From: a virus
Taxonomy: Duplodnaviria; Caudoviricetes
Reading direction: 5' to 3' (one strand)
DNA: 64,000 nt
Virus record (IMG/VR): IMGVR_UViG_3300020465_001196
The notes under the pieces were generated by a model. It made no database searches and was not told where the DNA came from. It worked only from the letters and a program-made list of their open reading frames with translations. Shown here one piece after another: positions 1 through 10,327 of this stretch. Positions within the stretch are counted from its first letter, which is position 1, and every line of letters starts with the position of its first letter. A program made the position numbers and the translations under genes.

Positions 1-5
1 ATTAT

Positions 6-3000
6 CTACGACCCCTTTTTCAAATTCTGATCGGTATATGCGTTTACAATTTCGATATTATCTACTGTTGCTGTTGAATAAAATAATTCGTTTGATGCAG
101 ATACAATTTCAAATAAATCTCCAAATGTTGATTCAGCATCTGCTCCAACAATTACCACTGAACTAATCTGTGTTGATAATTGATTGTGTATGTACGCACT
201 TAACTCAGTATAGTAAAAACTTTCACCAAAGTTCCAATTGGATATATCAAAAAATGTATTAATTGCTGTAATTGTTCTTGCTTTAATTTCATTGTCTGTC
301 ATTGTTGCACCAACGGCTTTTACAACTTTAAATTTAGATTGTAATGTTGTATCTGCTGACGAACCAAATAGCAATTTAAATTTAGCTGGAGTATAAATTA
401 TTTGGTCTCCAATTGCTTTGTATGAATTTAGATTTGATGCAAACATTTCATTTAATTCTTCAACTGTTGGTTCTGTTGGAAATTCACTTACTGCTTTGTC
501 GTTTGCTGTCCAACTTAAAACATCATCATAATATTTTGATGTTAAAACTTGTAGTTCAATAATATTTGAAATACTTGGATCAATTCTTTGATCTCTTGGT
601 GCTGTGTGCTTCCATTGGAAGAACATTGGATCACTAACACCTGCTGGAGTATAATATGATCTACCAACGAATGCTTTATAAGTTATTGAACTTATAGTAG
701 ATTGGTATGCTCCGCCTGAGCCAGTTGTTGTTTGTACTGCACCATCTTTATAAAACTTGTTATCAGTTGTTAAAAATTCTAAACCATTATTAGTTAATGT
801 TGAACGTTGCATAACTGACGTTGTTAATTTGTAATAAACATAATTGTCAAAGTCTGTGTAACTTTCAAAGAACACATAGTTTTTACCATTTGATGTGTCA
901 TGAACTAATTGGTCAATTGCTAAAGGAAGATCTGGCATACCATCTTCATCTGAATCATATGTTGATACTTTTATTTTTCTATCATCAACATAACCATCTT
1001 GTTCTACAGCACTATCAACTACTGCTAGAGAAATTGTTTCACTTAATTTTCCGCCAACTGATTGTGGAGTAATTGTTACTGTTGGTGGTGACTCATAACT
1101 TGAACCACCGTCAATAATTGTAAAGTCAACTATTGCACCTTGATATACTGTTGTAATTGCTGTTGCACCAGAACCTCCTCCACCTGAAAAAGAAACTGTA
1201 GGTGCTGATGTATAATTTAATCCTGTTGTATTTAAAGCATTAATTTGTGCTCCTGCTGAATCAGTAAAGCCAGTTACTGCTCCTCCTGTTATAACATTTG
1301 GATATCTATTATAAGCACCGTTTACTGATCCTGTTAATAGATCTGATGCATTAGTTGTAAATGTTCCTGACACATTAGTTAATTGTAAATTTGTTGATCC
1401 TGAACTACTAACTTTTACTTTTCCTTTTGCACCTGAGTTTGCTTGAGTTACTATTTCATCTTTAGTTGCTGTTCCAATTGCTCCGCTGGCTGTTATTGTT
1501 AAATCAATAGTTGCTAAAGCTGACGCTCCAGTTCCTTCTTCAATTTTACTGTTTACATCTGCCAACACATCAATTTTATCTTGTACACTTAACCCTGTTG
1601 CACTATCTAATGTTTTATAATCTTTTACATAAAAGAATCTAACATCGTCTGTTGATTGGAATATATAATCTAATCCTCTTGATGTAAATGTAAATTTAGC
1701 ATTTGTGTTCGAACCTTTTTCTGTAAACTCTGATTTTATTAACCAACTTGAGTCATTGTTTGTACCAGCAGTTCCACTACCAATTGAATTGTTAATTACA
1801 TCAAATTCACTTGTAGTATCAATTTTGTCAGCATCAATAATATACCATGCTTCTTCTTTTGATGATGAATCAAAATAATTATAACCAATACCAAACTTAC
1901 TTAATATTGCTGTCGATTCGCTTAACTTAGATTTAATTGCAGTTTTTTCTGCTGAAGTTAATGTAGTTCTTAAATTTGGTATAATGGCTCTAGCTCTATA
2001 TCCTGCCGGAATAGATTCACTTAATTGGATTGGTCCTGTTGTTAAGTTTGCAGGATCACCATTTGCTGTAACACCTTTAACTGTTGCCCAAATTATTTTT
2101 GTTGGGTTTGCATAGTCATCAACAAATTCAATTCTTGAACCTTTACGTATTAAACCATGTTTATCAGTTGTTGGTGCTTTATGAACCTTTTTCAAATTTG
2201 TAGAATTTTTTGCAGTTGATTCTGATTCGCTCGGTAACGATTGTGTAATATAACCGTAGTAACTAGACGTTGCAACTGGCATAGGTCTCCAATATACAAT
2301 ATCACTACCACCTGTTAAGAATATAAATTTTGCAGGATAGCCTGAAATTGGTACTGCCTCAATTGCTTTTTTGTAAGGATCAAAATAAAAGTTTTGTGTT
2401 TGAATTAATTGAATCATTTTTTCAATTTCTAAAACCATATTATCATATGAACTTGAATCAATTACATTTTCAACTTTTTCTGCGTTGTTTGGTTCTTTAT
2501 AAAGAATTCCATCTTCTCCAATGCAGTTTACATTTGCAACTGTACCAGTTGGATCTTGTACGTCAATAAATCTAGAATGACCTGCGTGTGTTTTGTTTAT
2601 TGCTTTTAATTTTTGTATACCAGAAACTTTTGTAATTGGAAATACATTATAATCTTCTGCATTAATCATTCTGTCTTGAGTGTAATACCCTTGACTTGCA
2701 TTTGTTCTAACTTCTTCAATTGATTCTCTTACTGATGAATTGTTTATGCTATATTCTAAACTAAATGTTAAAGATAAATCATAAGTTTGATCAGCTGAAT
2801 TAGAATAACTAAATCCAATTGCTTTGTTTTTAATATCCGATGGTGAAATTGTTTCGCCTTTTGATTGACTTGCTCTATACCATATTCTATATAAACCAAC
2901 TGGTATATCACCAAACTGTCCATCTGAGAATCTAATATCTATTTGATCATCTGTTTTTGATTGTACATCAAATATTGTTCTTGTACCTAATGCTAAACTA

Positions 3001-3959
3001 TTGTATATAATATTTTGTCCTGCAAGTGTTGGAACTTTTGTCCATTGTGTTTGTGTTAAACCATTTGAATTAATTTCTTGTACCCAAACATCTAAATCAT
3101 TAATGTCATCAATATCAATTGCTTGTACTCTATCAACAACTGGAGAAGCAAAGTTAAAATCTTGATATGCTAATGATCCTTCTTTCATGTACATGAAGAA
3201 GCCTGTGTTTATGCTATCAAAACCTTTGCTATCATTTTTATAAACTACACCTACTGCGTTTAACGGATTAGGTGCCGCCTCTTCAATATATCCTGCACTA
3301 TTAAATGCTGGTGGAACAATTTCAAACGACATTGATTTATTATCTACTCTTGCTGTAAAAGGATGTGCTACAGCAATTGCTTTTGTATTATTAACAGTAT
3401 ACAAATCATTTTGTATAGCATTAATTGATTTTGATGCAGTTGGATTACCAAATTTATTTGTTGATACCAAAGTTGTATTTAAAACTGTAATAAATTGTTC
3501 GTACCAATTTGGATTGTTTGGATCATTCCATTTAACTTCAACATTACTTAAATTATTTCCTAATGAATCAGTAACTGGTTCACTAGTTTGTATTGCTTGT
3601 AATTTTACTAAACCTCTTGCTGGCATATTTCTTTTTGGTTTGTAGCTCAGCATATTTGCTAACTTCAATATTGAATCTCTTCTTGAAGCTGTATCTATAA
3701 AATTTTCTCTTGCGTTTATATCAATTCTAAATGATAAACTTTGTCCAAGGTATGCTAATAAATCTAATATAGCAATAAACTCAGATGAGTTAATATAATC
3801 ATTAAAGTTTTCAGGATAGTTTCTTGAAATATAATTTAACATAGATGCTCTGATAGTTTCAAAGTCATATGATTTAAAATCAGAATCTCTAAATGATCTA
3901 TAAATTACTTTCCAGTCTTCTGCCGCAAACAAATTTGATTGTCTAACTAATTGGCTCAT
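6..3959 (-). CDS. Baseplate wedge subunit, T4 gp6-like, with long insertions
   Basis: 1317 aa ORF; N-terminal DFKSYDFETIRASMLNY...LAYLGQSLSFRIDINARENFIDTASRRDSILKLANMLSYKP and DRMINAEDY motifs typical of gp6-like wedge proteins; adjacent to a gp25-like gene. Confidence 0.75.
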   Translation of the reverse strand: MSQLVRQSNLFAAEDWKVIYRSFRDSDFKSYDFETIRASMLNYISRNYPENFNDYINSSEFIAILDLLAYLGQSLSFRIDINARENFIDTASRRDSILKLANMLSYKPKRNMPARGLVKLQAIQTSEPVTDSLGNNLSNVEVKWNDPNNPNWYEQFITVLNTTLVSTNKFGNPTASKSINAIQNDLYTVNNTKAIAVAHPFTARVDNKSMSFEIVPPAFNSAGYIEEAAPNPLNAVGVVYKNDSKGFDSINTGFFMYMKEGSLAYQDFNFASPVVDRVQAIDIDDINDLDVWVQEINSNGLTQTQWTKVPTLAGQNIIYNSLALGTRTIFDVQSKTDDQIDIRFSDGQFGDIPVGLYRIWYRASQSKGETISPSDIKNKAIGFSYSNSADQTYDLSLTFSLEYSINNSSVRESIEEVRTNASQGYYTQDRMINAEDYNVFPITKVSGIQKLKAINKTHAGHSRFIDVQDPTGTVANVNCIGEDGILYKEPNNAEKVENVIDSSSYDNMVLEIEKMIQLIQTQNFYFDPYKKAIEAVPISGYPAKFIFLTGGSDIVYWRPMPVATSSYYGYITQSLPSESESTAKNSTNLKKVHKAPTTDKHGLIRKGSRIEFVDDYANPTKIIWATVKGVTANGDPANLTTGPIQLSESIPAGYRARAIIPNLRTTLTSAEKTAIKSKLSESTAILSKFGIGYNYFDSSSKEEAWYIIDADKIDTTSEFDVINNSIGSGTAGTNNDSSWLIKSEFTEKGSNTNAKFTFTSRGLDYIFQSTDDVRFFYVKDYKTLDSATGLSVQDKIDVLADVNSKIEEGTGASALATIDLTITASGAIGTATKDEIVTQANSGAKGKVKVSSSGSTNLQLTNVSGTFTTNASDLLTGSVNGAYNRYPNVITGGAVTGFTDSAGAQINALNTTGLNYTSAPTVSFSGGGGSGATAITTVYQGAIVDFTIIDGGSSYESPPTVTITPQSVGGKLSETISLAVVDSAVEQDGYVDDRKIKVSTYDSDEDGMPDLPLAIDQLVHDTSNGKNYVFFESYTDFDNYVYYKLTTSVMQRSTLTNNGLEFLTTDNKFYKDGAVQTTTGSGGAYQSTISSITYKAFVGRSYYTPAGVSDPMFFQWKHTAPRDQRIDPSISNIIELQVLTSKYYDDVLSWTANDKAVSEFPTEPTVEELNEMFASNLNSYKAIGDQIIYTPAKFKLLFGSSADTTLQSKFKVVKAVGATMTDNEIKARTITAINTFFDISNWNFGESFYYTELSAYIHNQLSTQISSVVIVGADAESTFGDLFEIVSASNELFYSTATVDNIEIVNAYTDQNLKKGS

Positions 3960-4444
3960 TAATATCCGCCTCCACTTGTATTTCCGTTAACGTTAAATTC
4001 TATTGACATTTTTTCTACCATATTTTGAGGTAATATTATTAGTGCTAAATTAACAATAATACCGTGTTCAAAACCAACAACGTTTACACTTGTTAACGAT
4101 ACTCTTGGATCTTGTGCAACAATTTGTCTAGCATCTTCTTCGACAATTGATTTTGTTTGTTCATCTAATGGATTATATAAATGGTCCCAGATAATGCTAC
4201 CAAAATCAGGTAGCATTACTCTTTCGCCTTTTGCAGTCATAAAGTGATTGTAAATGTCTTGTTTTATGAGGTCAGCATCGTATAACATATTATTTTTTGC
4301 ATTAGGATTATTGGAACTAAATCCTTTATAAATCCTTTGACTTACATACGTACTATTAGTAGTTGCTCCGCTATCAGAAGGAGAGATTGTTCTGGATGCA
4401 ACTGTTCTATCTGTTCCGTAATTAACCGGTGTATTATATGCCAT
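3959..4444 (-). CDS. Baseplate wedge subunit, gp25-like
   Basis: DADLIKQDIYNHFMTAKGERVMLPDFGSIIWDHLYNPL...DPRVSL matches the gp25 family pattern. Confidence 0.8.
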   Translation of the reverse strand: MAYNTPVNYGTDRTVASRTISPSDSGATTNSTYVSQRIYKGFSSNNPNAKNNMLYDADLIKQDIYNHFMTAKGERVMLPDFGSIIWDHLYNPLDEQTKSIVEEDARQIVAQDPRVSLTSVNVVGFEHGIIVNLALIILPQNMVEKMSIEFNVNGNTSGGGY

Positions 4445-4533
4445 TTTTTACCTCAATAATAACTGCTATGTTATTAAATATTTATGTACGAAATAATGTA
4501 CGTATATAATTATCTAATATAAATAACTTTGTT

Positions 4534-4746
4534 ATGAAAATAAAAGATATTGATGAAAGTTTTAGTGGTGCAATTGCTGGTGTGGCTATGCCTTTAGGTG
4601 GTAAAAAAAAGAAAAAACCTAAATCCGAAGATGCACAAATTGGTGGATATATTAGCAATACTAAGAAAAGATACGGACCAGCAAAGGGTCCTAAATTTAC
4701 TGCTGGTGCTGGCATGAAAAATGCAACATATCCTGGAAAACAATAA
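4534..4746 (+). CDS. Small basic hypothetical protein
   Basis: 70 aa ORF directly after late promoter TATAAATA (4518-4525). Confidence 0.55.
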   Translation: MKIKDIDESFSGAIAGVAMPLGGKKKKKPKSEDAQIGGYISNTKKRYGPAKGPKFTAGAGMKNATYPGKQ

Positions 4747-4805
4747 ATTATAATAATATACTATAATATTCAAAATACACTAAATACTGCATATAGGTGC
4801 ATTAA

Positions 4806-5369
4806 ATGAGTAAAAAATATGATCAGTATACAGCGGCGGAAAGAATAGACGCCCATTTACACGACAATGATATTCATTATCTGACAGGTGAAATTACTCA
4901 AAGCAACGTTGAAGATGCAATCAAATGGATACTATCTTGTAACCTAAACAAAAAACCAAAGAAAACATTAAAGTTATATATTAATACAGTTGGTGGAGAT
5001 TTATACGAAGCATTTGCACTAATTGATGTTATGAAAAACAGTTATCATCATATATCTACTATTGGAATTGGTGCTGTTATGAGTGCAGGATTTTTAATTT
5101 TTGCAAGTGGTAAGCAAGGTGAAAGATATATTGCTAAAAATACCGGAATATTAAACCACCAACATTCAGATGCTATGGAATCAAAAATGCACGATATGAG
5201 ATCACAGATGAAAGAAAATAACAACTGTGAATTAAGATGTTTAAACATATTACGTGAAGCAACTGGGTTTAGTTTGGCCGATGTACGTAAAAAACTTAAT
5301 ACTCCAAGTGATCAATATTTTACTGCTAGACAGTTAGTTGATTTAAAAATAGCAGACCATATTTTATAA
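4806..5369 (+). CDS. clpP: ATP-dependent Clp protease proteolytic subunit
   Basis: LYINTVGG, GAVMSAG (catalytic Ser), ILNHQ (catalytic His), DQYFTA...IADHIL. Confidence 0.85.
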   Translation: MSKKYDQYTAAERIDAHLHDNDIHYLTGEITQSNVEDAIKWILSCNLNKKPKKTLKLYINTVGGDLYEAFALIDVMKNSYHHISTIGIGAVMSAGFLIFASGKQGERYIAKNTGILNHQHSDAMESKMHDMRSQMKENNNCELRCLNILREATGFSLADVRKKLNTPSDQYFTARQLVDLKIADHIL

Positions 5370-5395
5370 TAATATTTGCTTTTTTCCAATTATTT

Positions 5396-6097
5396 GTGTA
5401 TAATACTTGTATGACCAATAGAATCAATGTGATTACTTCTGGGTGTAGTTTCACATATAACAGTGAAATGACCTGGGTAGGTAAATTAGAAGAATTGTGG
5501 AACGTACACAATGTGGCTTCTTGTGCCGCAGGCCAAGATTATATTTCAAGACAAGCAATTGCAAAATGTGAAGAACTACAAGGTCAAAAAAATATTTTAA
5601 TTTGTCAATGGAGTGGAATTCATAGACGTGCATTTTTAACTGAACATGATTTTGGTTTTGAACAAGGTTCTCCATATATGGATAAAACACAAAATGGTTA
5701 TTGGGTAAAGAATGGTGGTAATGGTGTAGACAGTCAAGTATCTGAAAATGATTTAGCAGAAAAACATTTGTTTGAACCTTACAGAAAAATTTATAACGAA
5801 CAACAAGGTGCTATAGAAAGTTTAGAACACATAGCAAGAACACAATGGTATTGTAAACTTAATAGAATACCAATGTTAAACTTTTGGTGGAAAGATGAAT
5901 TATCAAATATCGATATAGATGTATCATTAGTTGATTGGAAACAATTTTGGTTTTACAAGAAAACAGGTGGTATGGCAGAATGGTGTGTAGATGAAATGTG
6001 GGATCCTGGATTTGCTGACGGCAATCATCCTACAAAAGAACACCATGATAAATTTGCAGAAGATGTTATTATTCCTTGGATAGGAGATAATATATGA
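5396..6097 (+). CDS. SGNH/GDSL-like hydrolase or acyltransferase
   Basis: N-terminal TSGCSFT block and C-terminal DGNHP block; true start may be 5411. Confidence 0.55.
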   Translation: MYNTCMTNRINVITSGCSFTYNSEMTWVGKLEELWNVHNVASCAAGQDYISRQAIAKCEELQGQKNILICQWSGIHRRAFLTEHDFGFEQGSPYMDKTQNGYWVKNGGNGVDSQVSENDLAEKHLFEPYRKIYNEQQGAIESLEHIARTQWYCKLNRIPMLNFWWKDELSNIDIDVSLVDWKQFWFYKKTGGMAEWCVDEMWDPGFADGNHPTKEHHDKFAEDVIIPWIGDNI

Positions 6098-6651
6098 TAG
6101 ATTCATTTGGACATGGTGGAAAATTATATTCAAACAAAGATTGGAATTATATTGCTGTTCCTAAATGTGCATCATCAGTTATAATAGATACTTTAAAAAT
6201 GAAAGAAGTAAAAAACAAAAAAAATAATAAGTCTTTTACTTTTATAAGATTACCATTTGCTCGTTTAAAAAGTTATTTGTATCAAGAAAAATGTTTTACA
6301 GAAAAACTAACTGAAGAAAAAATAAGAAGTATAATTAATAACTTTGACCGCTTTAACGAACATTGTGTACCTTACAGTCTTTACATAAAAAAAGATAACT
6401 TTGACTTTATTGGAACATTAGAAAACTTTTACGAAGATTGGAAAAACATTTCTGATATTCACATTGAGCATATGACCGAAAGACAAAATTTTGATAACAA
6501 AGTACAAAAAGATCCAAAAACTAAAAAGTTTGTTAAAGTAGATAATAAAAAAATAGAAGATATGCATAACACAGTAATTAAAAAATATTCAAATGAATTA
6601 AGTCGTTTATATTCAGGTGACTTTGCATTATACAGTAAGGTAACAAAATGA
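6094..6651 (+). CDS. Sulfotransferase family 2-like protein
   Basis: YIAVPKCASS (5'-PSB-like), FTFIRLPFARLKSY (3'-PB-like), DFIGTLENFYEDW. Confidence 0.65.
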   Translation: MIDSFGHGGKLYSNKDWNYIAVPKCASSVIIDTLKMKEVKNKKNNKSFTFIRLPFARLKSYLYQEKCFTEKLTEEKIRSIINNFDRFNEHCVPYSLYIKKDNFDFIGTLENFYEDWKNISDIHIEHMTERQNFDNKVQKDPKTKKFVKVDNKKIEDMHNTVIKKYSNELSRLYSGDFALYSKVTK

Positions 6652-7796
6652 CTCCATTAACTATTGGACAATATATTAAAGAAGAGTCAATAAGTCAATT
6701 TATTAAAAGCAATGAACATTATGAACTAGCCTTTTATGGAAGTGATGTTGATTATCCTTTTATACATCATGACGTTTGGTATCATGGAGTAATGAATGCT
6801 ATCAAATTTAGTAAAAAACTAGCAATATGTTATATGCGTGAACCTGCGTTTGCTCATGATGAACACGTTGAAAAACAAATACTATTGGGACATGATTTAG
6901 TTAAAGAAGGTGTACCTGCACATAAAATATATTACTTTTATTCAACTGACTTAGGTAAAGAAACGCATGAAGTTATAGCAAAGAAACATAATTTAAAACC
7001 AAAAGGATTTAATATTATTACGTTTCCTTATTATGAAGTTGACGCTTATAAAAAAATATTAGAACAAAAAGTATGCGAACACGTTCCTCCATTTGAAGCA
7101 AAACGTAAAGTTGCTGTTAGATCATTTTTGTCATTAAATGGTAAGCCAGATAAGTTTATGAGATTAAGACAAATTGTTTTATATTGGCAACGTAGATTAA
7201 TGAACAATGGATTAATTACATTAACCAGAACTGAAGAAGATATTGAAAAATATCCTAACTTAGAAGATTATTATAACGAAGTCAAAGACTTAATTAGTAA
7301 AACAGACTACGATAAATTATGTAAGCATTGGCCACATTCATTAGATGAACACAATGTTAAACAAGGATTATATGGAAAACACTTTAGTGGTTATCCTTTT
7401 GATAAAAAATTATATTTAGATACTTACTTTAGTGTAGTATCAGAAACACATAGTGGTGCACATAATTGTAATCCACAATTCTTTCCAACAGAAAAAATAT
7501 ATAAAGCAATAATAAACTGTCATCCATTTATTGCATTATCAACACAAAACTTTTTACATAATTTAAAAGAACAAGGATATAAATCTTTTAGTCCATTTAT
7601 AAACGAAGAGTACGATCAAGAACCAGATGCATATAAAAGAATGAACCTAGCAATTGATCAAGTTGAAAAATTATGCAAGGACGGTGTGCCAATAGATATG
7701 TTTTCAAATGCAATTTACAATTACACTAACTTAATTAACAGAGCTGAATCAAGTATAAAATTAGTAGAAGGAATATTTAATGAGAGTACTGTATAA
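6648..7796 (+). CDS. GT10/fucosyltransferase-like glycosyltransferase
   Basis: C-terminal YFSVVSET...FFPTEKIYKAI...HPFI resembles the GT10 E...TEK...P motif; SLNGK..R motif shared with paralogs. Confidence 0.45.
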   Translation: MTPLTIGQYIKEESISQFIKSNEHYELAFYGSDVDYPFIHHDVWYHGVMNAIKFSKKLAICYMREPAFAHDEHVEKQILLGHDLVKEGVPAHKIYYFYSTDLGKETHEVIAKKHNLKPKGFNIITFPYYEVDAYKKILEQKVCEHVPPFEAKRKVAVRSFLSLNGKPDKFMRLRQIVLYWQRRLMNNGLITLTRTEEDIEKYPNLEDYYNEVKDLISKTDYDKLCKHWPHSLDEHNVKQGLYGKHFSGYPFDKKLYLDTYFSVVSETHSGAHNCNPQFFPTEKIYKAIINCHPFIALSTQNFLHNLKEQGYKSFSPFINEEYDQEPDAYKRMNLAIDQVEKLCKDGVPIDMFSNAIYNYTNLINRAESSIKLVEGIFNESTV

Positions 7797-8808
7797 CAGT
7801 TATCCTTATTGGAGATATACTCCAAGTCAAAACGGAGAACGTGAAGGATTGTTTAGTGGACATCCTTTACCATTAATGGTTACACATGAAAACATATATA
7901 ACAAAGCTAAAAAAGATAACGAAGAATGTAAATTTATTATTGAAGAATTAACAGAAGCTGATATTCCTGGACCATCGTTAGATGACGGACTTCCTGTTTT
8001 TGAAATGTTACATAAGATACTTAACGAAAGTAATATTGATAAAAATGATATTCATATGATTATGCCAAGTATTAATTTTGATCAGCAATATATTACTTGG
8101 TGTAAAAAAAATAATCACAAAGAAATTATAAAGCATAGACACACATACCCATTTTATTTTTTAGATGTACAAAAGAAATATGAATACGTAAACAACTTTA
8201 ATCATAATAGAATTTGTCATATGATGAGTTTAAATGGTGCTATGAAACCTAAACGTGTAGAGTTTGTAAATTTTTGTAAAGAAAACAGACTAATGGACAA
8301 TTATATTAGTTTAGTTGGAAATTATAATACAACCGGAGAAGAAGTTGAACCTGTAATATTAGATACTAATATAAACAATTTAAAAGAAGATGATAAACCT
8401 GTTCCATTAGATATGATGTATCAATCTTGGTTAAATGTTATTAATGAAACACACGAAGATGATACAATATTCTTTACTGAGAAATCATGGAAGCCAATAT
8501 TAAATTTACAATTGTTTTTATATTATGGAGTTGGTAATCCATCTGCATACTATAAAGCATTAGAATCATTTGGATTTAAGTTGTATGATGAAATATTTGA
8601 TTACAATAATGATCCTAAAAAAGAAATATTAAAATTTTGTTCAACACCTTTGCCACTTATACAGTCTGAAATAGTTGAGCAAGTTAAAGATAAAATGTTA
8701 TATAATCAACGTTTAGCTCTTGACACAGATTGGAGAGACGTATATCATAAGAAAATATACAAAGGAATATATGGAAAAGAAAAAGTATCTAATAACGTCT
8801 GGATGTAG
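7780..8808 (+). CDS. GT10-like glycosyltransferase paralog
   Basis: SLNGAMKPKR and WLNVINET...FFTEKSWKPI motifs. Confidence 0.45.
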   Translation: MRVLYNSYPYWRYTPSQNGEREGLFSGHPLPLMVTHENIYNKAKKDNEECKFIIEELTEADIPGPSLDDGLPVFEMLHKILNESNIDKNDIHMIMPSINFDQQYITWCKKNNHKEIIKHRHTYPFYFLDVQKKYEYVNNFNHNRICHMMSLNGAMKPKRVEFVNFCKENRLMDNYISLVGNYNTTGEEVEPVILDTNINNLKEDDKPVPLDMMYQSWLNVINETHEDDTIFFTEKSWKPILNLQLFLYYGVGNPSAYYKALESFGFKLYDEIFDYNNDPKKEILKFCSTPLPLIQSEIVEQVKDKMLYNQRLALDTDWRDVYHKKIYKGIYGKEKVSNNVWM

Positions 8809-9589
8809 TTTTACAGCTCATGCTGTTGAATCAAACATTGCTTGGCCAAATCATATTAAAGATTGGCAAGTAATTAACTGTGCCGAAATGGCAAGTAGTA
8901 ACGCACTTATAAGTCGTAACTTAATAGCAAACATTCCACATTACTTAGATAAAGATCCAACTGTGGCTGTGATGTGGTCAAACCCAAATCGTTTTGAATT
9001 GTTTTATAATCGAGAAGCAAACAACTATGATAAAATTTATAGAGATATGAAAGGCCAAGGAGGATTTCAAAATCAACCATTAACAGGTAAATGGCAAACA
9101 CATGACTCTTCCAATTGGGCAAAGAGCGGAGGAGGATTTGGTCATTGGGAATTTGATAGCAAAGAATTAAACCAAGATATGAAATTATATCTTACTAACT
9201 TTCATCACGAAGAATTACAATTTGTGCAAACACTAGAACATATATTAAGAATACAATGGTACTGTAAAGCACACAATTTAAAATTAATTAATATGTGTTG
9301 GCAAGATATATTCACAGGACAAAATAGTCCGGACGGAAATAATTCAACACAGAGTGGTCAATTAATAATAAACAAATATGAAAATGCTATACACCTTTGG
9401 GAATTAGTTGATTGGTCAACTTGGTGGTTTCATCACAGTCATAAACAAGAATGGTCACGCCAATATGGTGGGCTAAAAGAATGGTGTATTGATAACGGAC
9501 ATGAACAGTTTCCAGGAAGTCATCCTACAACAGAAGCACAAAAAGATTTTGCTTCTACAATTGTAGAAAGGTTAATTAATGAAACGTAA
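8771..9589 (+). CDS. SGNH/GDSL-like protein
   Basis: TSGCSFT and GSHPT; start set at 8771 after SD-like AAGGA (ORF track begins 8720). Confidence 0.55.
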   Translation: MEKKKYLITSGCSFTAHAVESNIAWPNHIKDWQVINCAEMASSNALISRNLIANIPHYLDKDPTVAVMWSNPNRFELFYNREANNYDKIYRDMKGQGGFQNQPLTGKWQTHDSSNWAKSGGGFGHWEFDSKELNQDMKLYLTNFHHEELQFVQTLEHILRIQWYCKAHNLKLINMCWQDIFTGQNSPDGNNSTQSGQLIINKYENAIHLWELVDWSTWWFHHSHKQEWSRQYGGLKEWCIDNGHEQFPGSHPTTEAQKDFASTIVERLINET

Positions 9590-10016
9590 AATATTAATAA
9601 TGGGTTTACCAGGATCAGGTAAAACAACATTAGCAAAGCATTTGGCTCCATTGTTTAATGCAGTATTACTAAATGCAGATACAGTAAGAAAAGAAGCAAA
9701 CGATTGGGACTTTAGTCTAGAAGGTAGAGATAGACAAGCATTAAGAATGTGGACATTGGCCCAAGAAGCATTAGATGATGGTAAAACTGTTGTTGCCGAC
9801 TTTGTTTGTCCTACTGTAAAAACAAGAAAAGAATTTAATGCAGATTATACTATATGGATGAACACCATCGAAGAATCAGAATATCAAGATACAAATGATA
9901 TGTTTGAAAGACCAATTGTTGCTAATGGCGATAGTGCAGATATTGTTATTACACAGAAAGATGCAGAAACTTGGGCATATACAATCTTTCAAATAGTTGC
10001 AGGAGAAGTTGTATGA
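9579..10016 (+). CDS. cysC: Adenylylsulfate (APS) kinase-like, short form
   Basis: ILIMGLPGSGKTTLA P-loop, LNADTVR, DWDFSLEGRDRQALRM, VADFVCP, FERP. Confidence 0.7.
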   Translation: MKRKILIMGLPGSGKTTLAKHLAPLFNAVLLNADTVRKEANDWDFSLEGRDRQALRMWTLAQEALDDGKTVVADFVCPTVKTRKEFNADYTIWMNTIEESEYQDTNDMFERPIVANGDSADIVITQKDAETWAYTIFQIVAGEVV

Positions 10017-10327
10017 AAAAACTTTGGGAAAAATATAAAGCACACGATAAAAAAGTAAAAGAAGCACAGGCAAATTTTAAAGTGTCTGATATAAAGAACA
10101 AATACTTTAGAGCATTAATGTGGATCTTTATGTTGAGATTTGTATGGGATATTACTACACTATTTGAAAAGTATTTGCCTATGCCTAAAGTATACAAAGT
10201 ATTAGGCTTAGGTTGGACAAAATTAGGTTACTATGTGTTTTGGTTATTATGGTTTATATTCTTAGGAGTATTGTTATATAACATACTAGGCGAACAATTA
10301 TTTGATCAGGTAATAAACGAACTATGA
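10013..10327 (+). CDS. Hypothetical membrane protein
   Basis: Two hydrophobic segments; start 10013 after GGAG. Confidence 0.55.
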   Translation: MKKLWEKYKAHDKKVKEAQANFKVSDIKNKYFRALMWIFMLRFVWDITTLFEKYLPMPKVYKVLGLGWTKLGYYVFWLLWFIFLGVLLYNILGEQLFDQVINEL

